Shown: piece by piece, positions 1-7,940 of the stretch | How positions within the stretch are numbered: the stretch's first letter is position 1 | Layout: the number at the start of each line of letters is the position of its first letter | Source of the DNA: an uncultured virus (IMG/VR IMGVR_UViG_3300011888_000003) | Lineage: Duplodnaviria; Heunggongvirae; Uroviricota; Caudoviricetes | Direction: 5' to 3' (one strand) | DNA: 20,000 nt | Virus record (IMG/VR): IMGVR_UViG_3300011888_000003 | The notes under the pieces: generated by a model | Told to the model about the DNA's origin: nothing | The model's input: the letters and a program-made list of their open reading frames with translations, nothing else | Database searches by the model: none | Made by a program: the position numbers and the translations under genes

Positions 1-119
1 CTGAAATTCAACAGATGAAAGGTATGGCATTGGATATGAACGTTAATCTCAATGACAATACCGCAAAAATAACGAATAGCTGGATACAGCAAAAACTGAA
101 TGAGTCATTGAATCAGTAA
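1..119 (+). CDS. 3' end of upstream gene (partial), probably tape measure or other large tail protein
   Basis: Frame starting at base 3 is open: EIQQMKGMALDMNVNLNDNTAKITNSWIQQKLNESLNQ, stop TAA at 117-119. The product is inferred only from its position directly upstream of the hub gene. Confidence 0.55.
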   Translation, partial: EIQQMKGMALDMNVNLNDNTAKITNSWIQQKLNESLNQ

Positions 120-128
120 GATTGGAAC

Positions 129-134
129 AGGAGG
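129..134 (+). promoter_or_regulatory. Shine-Dalgarno site for the 2574-aa ORF
   Basis: AGGAGG 6 nt upstream of ATG 141. Confidence 0.85.
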
Positions 135-140
135 AACATT

Positions 141-3100
141 ATGAGCGCGACAGAAGCGTTGATTGTATCACTACAAAAACCTGCCGAGGATAAACCTTGG
201 CGGGTGGTAATGTTAATCCAAGGAGAATTGTTGACGGCAACGAGCATCGGGGCTGGCGGGCAAACGCCTGCCGGTCCTCGTTTGCTTGAAGCCATTAATC
301 ACTTGGAACAACACATCAAAGGATACCCATTCGAATATGGCATGACGATGGTTGCTGACGGGACGAACCGCTTGCTTGCTGTGCGTTACATTGGCAAAGA
401 CATCGGTATGATGGAAGCAACGAAAAAGACCCTTCAATACATTAAGAAAAGTAAAGTCACACCACGAAACTTTAAAATTGATGAGAATGTCATGTTCTCT
501 GAGACCTTCAATGCGCAAGACTTCATGGAGACGGAAGAAGAGCCTGCTATGATGATGATGATGGCAGTCGCTGAAGGACCAGATGGCGGAGGGACACCAG
601 AAGAGACAGAACCACAAGAAATGGAAGAAAACATTGGTTCTCCTGACCAATTCTTACTGTATGGAGAAGTGGCGAGGGTCGTCGATGGTGATACCGCGAC
701 CATCAAGACTCTTGCCATGCATAAAAGTCTAAAAGGAAAAAAGATTGGAAAGTACTTAATGGATGTAAACGTCGAGTTCAATCTTCGTTTCATCGGTATT
801 GATAGTCCTGAGACACGTAAGCAAGGGAATGCCGCCATCTATGCTGATAAACAAAACTCTGCACTTGCGGCACTCTGGGGCGTAACGACAGATGTCGTGT
901 ATGATGTCGGAGAAGAAGCGAAACACACGACAGCGGCGATGATTACCCCTGGTACGGACAATGCTTATGTTCTCGTTGCATTACAATACGATAAAGTAAA
1001 AAATGTACCGCTTCATGATAATGGAGACGGACAACGTCCTCTTGGTGTCTTGTATCATGTCAAACCAAACAAAAAAGACAAAGATAAATACAAGACGACA
1101 AAAGAAGGACTCATCATCAATGTCGATGAATTCTTAAAGGCGATGTCAGAAGACAATGTCAAAGGAACGAACATCAATAAGACATTGCTCGGAAAACGAT
1201 ACTCAAAAGACCCACGTCTTCCTTTATATCAACACGATACATACAACAACAATAAATCAACCGAACAAGGCATCGATGTCATCACATGGGGTGATGAAGT
1301 CGGATATAAAGAGCCAAGTGATAGTTATTATAATGAGAAAGACCCGAAATCGACGACGACCGATGACATCTCAGAACAAGACAGCATCGATAAAGCAGAG
1401 ACATTGTATGAGAACAAATATAAAGAACCAGTCTCGAATGCACTTGATTTCGTCTTGCCATATGATGACCGTCTTGCTGATGAGAACGGTATCTATTCTC
1501 GTAGCATCAAGTTGTCAAAAGATGAAGATGCACTCGAAGAACCGTTCAACTATGTGTATAAAGTGCGTATCGGAGATGTCTTGATGACAGTCCCGCCGCT
1601 CTCGATTCAAATGTCACGTATTAGTCAGATTGAAAAGGTGAAGACACTTCGGACACAGACATCGATGATGAAGGGAGTCGGGAGTGCGAAGACGACGATT
1701 GAGCTGGAATTGTACTTCCACGGAATGGATGCCATCAACGGGAAAGAATGGGGTTCATATGAGATGGACGGAAAGACATATCCATTCTACATGGACGGTC
1801 TTCGGACACTCATCGCTCAGTTCAAGAAAGCACCTTTCTTGCCGATTGACAATAAATACATCAATGAAAGTCTGAACATTCACAATGTGGCATTGATGAA
1901 CTTGACGGTACAGACAGTCCCTGATTTCCCACAATCGTTAAAAGCAGTCTTGACACTCGCGAAGTTCGAACCAGAAGCGTTCATGATTGAGGAACCGAGT
2001 CTTTCGAACGTCATGAACTATCCATTGTTCCGTTGGTACTATCAGCAAGCACTTCGTAAGCCGGAAGACTATGAAATTCCGAACCGGATGTATTTAGAAA
2101 AAATCGAAGAGTTGACGAACGAGTTTAATTTCTTCATTGCTGACGAATCGAAATTGAAATACCGAATGGATGCCATCAATGAATTGTTCCGAATGGTTCG
2201 TCCTGAGGAGTATGAAAAACAAGTCAAAGAAAAAACGTCTGATAGTGGTCAATTGATTGAAGACGAGAACCGTGTCAAAAAAGTCCTGAAACAATATGAC
2301 ATCTATGAAGGATACCGAGAAGAAGACAAAAAGAAATTCAAAATCGGACCAGAATCCAAGGATGCGTGGGGACGAGAAGCTTATCAAGAAATGTATGAAG
2401 GAAGCATGCCAGTCTTTAAAGGTTCGGGCGCGAACTCATCGTTCGTCTCAAAGAGTTATGTCTTCTACCAATACTTCCTCGATAACTATTTCCTCGACAA
2501 CCCGAAATTCAAGGAATACTGGGAAAAAGTAGAAGGGGCAAAAACGCCTGGGTTCTTCATCATTGCCTTCAATAACCAAGAGAACGCAAAGAAAATTGAT
2601 GCACGTGCGGCATTGATGCTTGAAGGAAAACATAAAAAACGTTCTGATGGTAGTGCTTATTTCGTCATTCCAGCAACAAAAGCAAACATCAAGATTCTTG
2701 AATCGATGAAAGGTGCACGAGAAATGGTTGAAGGAGACGTGCAGACGTATGCCGAGAAGTATACGCAACTCCAAGACATCGTCGACTCGACCGAGCAATC
2801 AATTGCCATGGTGCCATATGACATTCCTGGATTGATTCCGACGTCCATCAATGTCATGTATGAGAATCAATTCTCTAGCATGCAGATGCAAATGCTTGAT
2901 TCTCCGACACTTCAATACATGGGAGGGCAAGACCCTTACATCCAGTTAATCTTTGAAGGGGACCAAAACACGGTCATGGCAGTGAACGAGATGCTTCTTG
3001 TCATTGAACGCTACAATCGTCAATATCGTCAAGGTATCGTTGCTGGTTTCATGGATGTCACGAATCCCCTTCTGAAAATGTTTGGGGTCAAGACACTGAT

Positions 3101-6100
3101 GCCAGAGAATGTCCAAATCAACACGGTTCCTGGCTTCCCTGACCGCTTCCAAATTGTCATGGCATTATGTGGCTTCGACCGCACACAGCGCCGTCAGGAA
3201 CGCTTAGATGGCATCAGCGGGGCATATGACGACACACGACTTCAAGATAGACGTGTTAATAACTACAGTGAAGAAAAAGATTATGCCATCATGGAATACC
3301 GGATGCGGGGCATGGAAGTTTATCCAGACCTAGAACTTCCGACATTCGAAGAATTGAATAAAGTCCTACCTTCACTCAAAGCAGGATTCGATACATACGA
3401 GAATCGAAGCGACCAAGTCTATGTCGACCCTGACTTCTATATCGGTTCACAAAAGACACTTCGTGACATGATTGCACAAGTCGTCAAGAAAGACAGTGAG
3501 TTCAAGGTCGTCGCCTATGACAACCGAGGATTGAAAACGACTTCAAAACTGAATGGTGTCGGATTCATCGACCCAGCAGAATCAAAGACGTTCGTCGATG
3601 CGTTCAATAGCCTAGACAAAGCCGTCGATTATGTACCTTCCGATTTCACATGGCAGAACGAAAAAGAGAAGGATTCGACGACGAGTGCGAAGTCAGAAGA
3701 GGATGCACTCGATAGTGTCGAACTTGAAGGAGACATCAAGGATTATGTAACCATCGGTGAAGATGGAAAAGCACCATATCAGAAATTGCCAGGATATGAG
3801 AACTGGAAAAAGTTCAGTGGCAATAAAGGTAAGTCAAAAGAAGAGTATGAGAAATGGAAAAAGAATCCTGATAAAAACCCACGAGAAGAAGTCGTCTGGT
3901 TCGCCATCATGCAAAAAATGATTGAAAAGATTGGTAGAAAATATCTAGAAGGTATGGACGACGACTTCAAGATGATTGCGAATGGATTAGAAGGAAAACA
4001 TAATCTACCTTCGGACATGACGAATGAAGACTGGTCTGACCGTTACCGTAAGAGTAATTGGCACAACGTCGGAGACATGATAATGAAGATAACGGACGGG
4101 AACTACGGCGCTACGACATTTATGCCAGATGACATCTATGGAAAGAGTATGTATCTTTACTACAAAGGACTTGCGGAAGAAGAAGACGACTACGAGAATT
4201 GGAAGAAGATTCCGAAGTCGGACTTGTCTTACATTAAATCGAGCGCGGAGTTCAAAGCATCTCCAATGTGGGCGTATAACGGGAAACGAACGAGTTGGGG
4301 TAACATCAGTAAAAACTTGTTCAATAACTATTATGACGGCTCCATCGTGCCGTATGATGATGACCCATTAAAAGGAGTCGTCAAGATTCCGCTTCATCGT
4401 ATGGGTGGTATCATCAAATCGATTGCAAAGTATCATTCACGTTGGACACCATTTGAAGGTGATGGTTCTGGTAAATTGACGGACGGATGGCGCGCGGGAC
4501 TCATGGGGTATCCTCTCGACATCGTCAAAGACAAAGCAGAAGCAGAGCGTTTGATGTATGACTGGAAATACAATCTTGAGAAATCGATGGAATTGCTCGC
4601 TAAGTATTACAAACATGCGTTCTCTCAAAAAGAATTACGGTACAAGGCGTTTGCAAGTGAATGGATGGTTTGGCAATATGGACTACCAAATCAAGACCGT
4701 GAAGATGACTTGTTGCCGATTGGGAAGAAATCGGATGCTTCTGAGGTCCTGATGCCGAATGCTTTGAAGCCTGCCATGGGTTATCGTAATGTCATCATGC
4801 GAGAATGGCGGACGACGTATGCGGCCGTTGATAAAGAAGCACCAGCTGGTATCTTCGCTGGAGGGAAAGGGCCTGTCGTCCCTGCCGTGTTTGCGATGTA
4901 TAACGGATTTGAAGGTAATACGATGGATGTCTTTACAGGAGATAAGGATGCCATCATCAAGAGTCTCGTCAATGACTTGTATTATCCGATGGATGCATAC
5001 AAAGTCAATGATGATAAGACGAAGATTGTCGCCGCTTACAAGAAAGAGAAGATGGCGTCCATAAAGGCAGAGACGAGAGCAAAACTTGAGAAGAAAAGTC
5101 GTAACGAGGTCGATTTGATTTTCTACAACCATCTCTCTCAACTGAAGAATGTCATCGGTAAAGGAGACAATGAAAAGAAATTTGCGGCGAGTGTGTTCGC
5201 AAGTATCTTGACCGGTATCGGAGCGGTGTTACTCGCATTGTTCGGAACGGTCACATATGGACTCGGTTTCCTTGCGGCAGGTGCACTTGGCATCGGAGCA
5301 GGAATGCTTAGTGATAGCGATAGTGATAAGATTGCGAACATGGCACCAAAAGCAAAAGAAATCATGGATGCCTACAATCAGATGGACGGGGCGAACGAAA
5401 CGCTTCAGAACAACCGTCTCGTCAATCGGAATACACCGCAAGAGAATCACTTCAACATGTATAAAGACATGTTAGAGTATGACATGCAAGGACGCATGGT
5501 CAGGGCGTTCCCGACCTTCCAGATGTTCATAGTCGACGAAGGAAAATGGATGGCGAACTATCGTATTTGGGACAACCTCTATGGATTCAATGCCATTCAA
5601 TCGATTGACATCTATCGTTCTCGTAAGATTGCGGCAGATACAGCGAACATCTCAATGACGAACATGTATTCGAACTTGAATGGTCGACGAACGGACATGA
5701 TGAATGCCCGTGTCCAGACACCAGCCTTCTGGTCGACGATTACATGGAGTCAGTACATTCTAGGAAAACCACCAGAAGAGTTGATTGAGACGCGGAAAGA
5801 ACTGTACAAAGCGATGTACTTACAAACAGGTGCACGGATTCATTTACGGATGGGGTATGGTTCGAACGTGACACGTCTTCCAATCGTCTTTAACGGAACG
5901 ATTACAGAGATGGATACAGGGGAAGTCGTCAACCTACTCTGTCAAGGAGACGGTATCGAGCTCTCGAACATGATTTCTGGTGACCCTGATGACGATAACT
6001 CATTCCTCCGTGTACAAGAGCCAGCGGAATCCATCGGACGATTACTCACTTCTAAGGGTGGAGCTTTTAAAGACCTCATCAACAATGCGACCGATGGTCA

Positions 6101-7865
6101 ATTCTTTAAAGATAACCCTCTAGGGGTTATGCACTTCGGAGCACCGGTCGAAGCACCGATGGGTAACTATGTTCCATTCAACCGTGACTTCGGGGAAGCC
6201 GCTCAAAACATCTATTGTGCGAATGGTGTCGCGACATTCGACCAGTGGAAGAACGAGAAAGGGGAAGACGTCAACTTCATGAGTGTCTTGCAAGACTTTG
6301 ACACCTATGGAAAAGTCGGCATCACAGACTTCTTACAGCCAGGGGATGAACCGAACATACGAGTCAAGTATTTCAATAATACGATATGGGATATCATTCA
6401 GACGTTTGCATTATGTTCGAGTGATTACATTGCGGCCGTTTTACCGTTTGAGATGCGCTCAACGCTCTTCTTCGGGAAACCGCACTGGAATGTTGCCTAC
6501 CGGTATGACTCGACCTACGCCTACGATGAATCCATCAAAGAGTGGACGAGAACGTATGACCTCGAACACCGGAAGCCGTACATGCAGATGCATGTCTACG
6601 GTAGCCAACATAACATCATCTCAAATAACATCAAAGCATCTGAAGAAGGCGTCTACACGAACGTCATCGCTAGTTATGATGGAAACGTCGCACCTATCGT
6701 ACAAGCAGATAACGATATTCGTTTGGATAAACAGAAGACGGTCGTCGTCGAAGCAGACATCGTCGGAAGCTTCCCAGGGATTGACTTCTGGACGAGTGAA
6801 GACCAGGCGACGAAATATGCACAATCTTCCGTACGTGATTACATGAAGGACATGTATAAAGGTCACTTGCTCGTCATCGGTGACCCGACGCTGAAACCAC
6901 ATGATGCGATGTACATGAATGATACGATGGTTGACATGAACGGGCTCATGCTCGTCAAAGCAGTCACGCACCACTTCTCGATTGAGACAGGGTTCGTCAG
7001 CTCGATTGAGCCAGATGCTTATGTCACGAACTGGGACATGGACATGCTGTATCACGGGAAGATGGCTTCTTCAATCGGAAAGAACATTGCGATTCTAGGG
7101 GCTTCTGCTGGTCTGACATATGTCAGTAAGCGGGTCATCATGGGGTCTGCCTTCTATCGCTGGATGGCAGAAGATGAAAACATCATGAAGGCGAAGTATC
7201 GAGAAGTCAGTAAAAAGGTCGGCGTTCGAAAGATGCTGAACTGGTCACTGAAGAACCGAGACTTACCTGTCGAAATCAAAGATGCCATCGAAGAATTGAA
7301 GAATGCGAAGACGAACAAAGAAGTCAAGGAAGCCTACCAGAAGGTCTCAGACCAACTGGACGTCCATAAAAAGACATTGAAGAATGCGAAGAAAGCGGGA
7401 CGAGAAGCAGAAGAACTGAAACGACTTGAAACAGAAATCGACCAGATGAAGCGTGTCGTTCAAATGGCGAAAAACAGTAACAGGGTCGCAACAGGTGTCA
7501 AAGCTGGTTCAGCAGTGTTCAAGACAGGACTCAATGTCGTCAAAGCGATTGGGATGTCGAACATCATCACGATTGCTTTACAGGTCGCATTCTCGGTCGC
7601 GACCGAAGGGCTGTTCGAGATGTGGCGTCGAAAGAAACAAAACACGCAATGTGTCACGATATTCCCACTGCAATATCGAGGAAGTGAACTCGTCGCCGGA
7701 ATCAACGGTCACCAAGGGGCCGTGTACGGAGACATTCCTTCGAAAGCAGACCTTGTCTATAAATCGAACTTCGGAGACGGGAACGAGAATAAGACATGGT
7801 ATGAATACCTGAGTGCGACAATGAACTTCTTCTCAGGAGATACTGGAGCGGCAGAAGAAAAATGA
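141..7865 (+). CDS. Giant multidomain baseplate hub/tail protein (SNase nuclease, two tube-like repeats, degenerate SLT, hydrophobic segments, gp27/gpD-like hub)
   Basis: 2574-aa ORF with a strong RBS. SNase motifs VARVVDGDT, LRFIGIDSPET and DGQRPLG (~660-1200). Repeated domain ending TVPDFP / TVPGFP (~1563-1970 and ~2823-3179). Hub-type motifs GARIHLRMGYGS...VFNGTITE...LCQGDG and VIGDPTLKPHD...VKAVTHHFS...GFVS (~5490-7020). Lies upstream of baseplate genes. Confidence 0.75.
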   Translation: MSATEALIVSLQKPAEDKPWRVVMLIQGELLTATSIGAGGQTPAGPRLLEAINHLEQHIKGYPFEYGMTMVADGTNRLLAVRYIGKDIGMMEATKKTLQYIKKSKVTPRNFKIDENVMFSETFNAQDFMETEEEPAMMMMMAVAEGPDGGGTPEETEPQEMEENIGSPDQFLLYGEVARVVDGDTATIKTLAMHKSLKGKKIGKYLMDVNVEFNLRFIGIDSPETRKQGNAAIYADKQNSALAALWGVTTDVVYDVGEEAKHTTAAMITPGTDNAYVLVALQYDKVKNVPLHDNGDGQRPLGVLYHVKPNKKDKDKYKTTKEGLIINVDEFLKAMSEDNVKGTNINKTLLGKRYSKDPRLPLYQHDTYNNNKSTEQGIDVITWGDEVGYKEPSDSYYNEKDPKSTTTDDISEQDSIDKAETLYENKYKEPVSNALDFVLPYDDRLADENGIYSRSIKLSKDEDALEEPFNYVYKVRIGDVLMTVPPLSIQMSRISQIEKVKTLRTQTSMMKGVGSAKTTIELELYFHGMDAINGKEWGSYEMDGKTYPFYMDGLRTLIAQFKKAPFLPIDNKYINESLNIHNVALMNLTVQTVPDFPQSLKAVLTLAKFEPEAFMIEEPSLSNVMNYPLFRWYYQQALRKPEDYEIPNRMYLEKIEELTNEFNFFIADESKLKYRMDAINELFRMVRPEEYEKQVKEKTSDSGQLIEDENRVKKVLKQYDIYEGYREEDKKKFKIGPESKDAWGREAYQEMYEGSMPVFKGSGANSSFVSKSYVFYQYFLDNYFLDNPKFKEYWEKVEGAKTPGFFIIAFNNQENAKKIDARAALMLEGKHKKRSDGSAYFVIPATKANIKILESMKGAREMVEGDVQTYAEKYTQLQDIVDSTEQSIAMVPYDIPGLIPTSINVMYENQFSSMQMQMLDSPTLQYMGGQDPYIQLIFEGDQNTVMAVNEMLLVIERYNRQYRQGIVAGFMDVTNPLLKMFGVKTLMPENVQINTVPGFPDRFQIVMALCGFDRTQRRQERLDGISGAYDDTRLQDRRVNNYSEEKDYAIMEYRMRGMEVYPDLELPTFEELNKVLPSLKAGFDTYENRSDQVYVDPDFYIGSQKTLRDMIAQVVKKDSEFKVVAYDNRGLKTTSKLNGVGFIDPAESKTFVDAFNSLDKAVDYVPSDFTWQNEKEKDSTTSAKSEEDALDSVELEGDIKDYVTIGEDGKAPYQKLPGYENWKKFSGNKGKSKEEYEKWKKNPDKNPREEVVWFAIMQKMIEKIGRKYLEGMDDDFKMIANGLEGKHNLPSDMTNEDWSDRYRKSNWHNVGDMIMKITDGNYGATTFMPDDIYGKSMYLYYKGLAEEEDDYENWKKIPKSDLSYIKSSAEFKASPMWAYNGKRTSWGNISKNLFNNYYDGSIVPYDDDPLKGVVKIPLHRMGGIIKSIAKYHSRWTPFEGDGSGKLTDGWRAGLMGYPLDIVKDKAEAERLMYDWKYNLEKSMELLAKYYKHAFSQKELRYKAFASEWMVWQYGLPNQDREDDLLPIGKKSDASEVLMPNALKPAMGYRNVIMREWRTTYAAVDKEAPAGIFAGGKGPVVPAVFAMYNGFEGNTMDVFTGDKDAIIKSLVNDLYYPMDAYKVNDDKTKIVAAYKKEKMASIKAETRAKLEKKSRNEVDLIFYNHLSQLKNVIGKGDNEKKFAASVFASILTGIGAVLLALFGTVTYGLGFLAAGALGIGAGMLSDSDSDKIANMAPKAKEIMDAYNQMDGANETLQNNRLVNRNTPQENHFNMYKDMLEYDMQGRMVRAFPTFQMFIVDEGKWMANYRIWDNLYGFNAIQSIDIYRSRKIAADTANISMTNMYSNLNGRRTDMMNARVQTPAFWSTITWSQYILGKPPEELIETRKELYKAMYLQTGARIHLRMGYGSNVTRLPIVFNGTITEMDTGEVVNLLCQGDGIELSNMISGDPDDDNSFLRVQEPAESIGRLLTSKGGAFKDLINNATDGQFFKDNPLGVMHFGAPVEAPMGNYVPFNRDFGEAAQNIYCANGVATFDQWKNEKGEDVNFMSVLQDFDTYGKVGITDFLQPGDEPNIRVKYFNNTIWDIIQTFALCSSDYIAAVLPFEMRSTLFFGKPHWNVAYRYDSTYAYDESIKEWTRTYDLEHRKPYMQMHVYGSQHNIISNNIKASEEGVYTNVIASYDGNVAPIVQADNDIRLDKQKTVVVEADIVGSFPGIDFWTSEDQATKYAQSSVRDYMKDMYKGHLLVIGDPTLKPHDAMYMNDTMVDMNGLMLVKAVTHHFSIETGFVSSIEPDAYVTNWDMDMLYHGKMASSIGKNIAILGASAGLTYVSKRVIMGSAFYRWMAEDENIMKAKYREVSKKVGVRKMLNWSLKNRDLPVEIKDAIEELKNAKTNKEVKEAYQKVSDQLDVHKKTLKNAKKAGREAEELKRLETEIDQMKRVVQMAKNSNRVATGVKAGSAVFKTGLNVVKAIGMSNIITIALQVAFSVATEGLFEMWRRKKQNTQCVTIFPLQYRGSELVAGINGHQGAVYGDIPSKADLVYKSNFGDGNENKTWYEYLSATMNFFSGDTGAAEEK

Positions 7866-7869
7866 TTCA

Positions 7870-7905
7870 AAAGGACAAGAGAAATTTTCTCTTGTCTTTC
7901 TTTTT
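7870..7905 (+). terminator. Rho-independent terminator
   Basis: Perfect stem GACAAGAGAA (7874-7883) / TTCTCTTGTC (7887-7896), followed by TTTCTTTTT, just after the stop at 7865. Confidence 0.8.
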
Positions 7906-7940
7906 ATAGAAAGGTTAAGACATTAAGTAGAGGGGAGAAT

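Noticed and set aside
549..563. (ATG)5 as a phase-variation switch
   Set aside because: Slippage of a trinucleotide unit keeps the frame, so it cannot switch the gene on or off.
141..7865. Intein or intron-encoded homing nuclease explaining the size and nuclease domain of the giant ORF
   Set aside because: I saw no intein C-terminal HN-[C/S/T] junction and no LAGLIDADG, HNH or GIY-YIG motif. The nuclease is SNase-type and the frame is uninterrupted.
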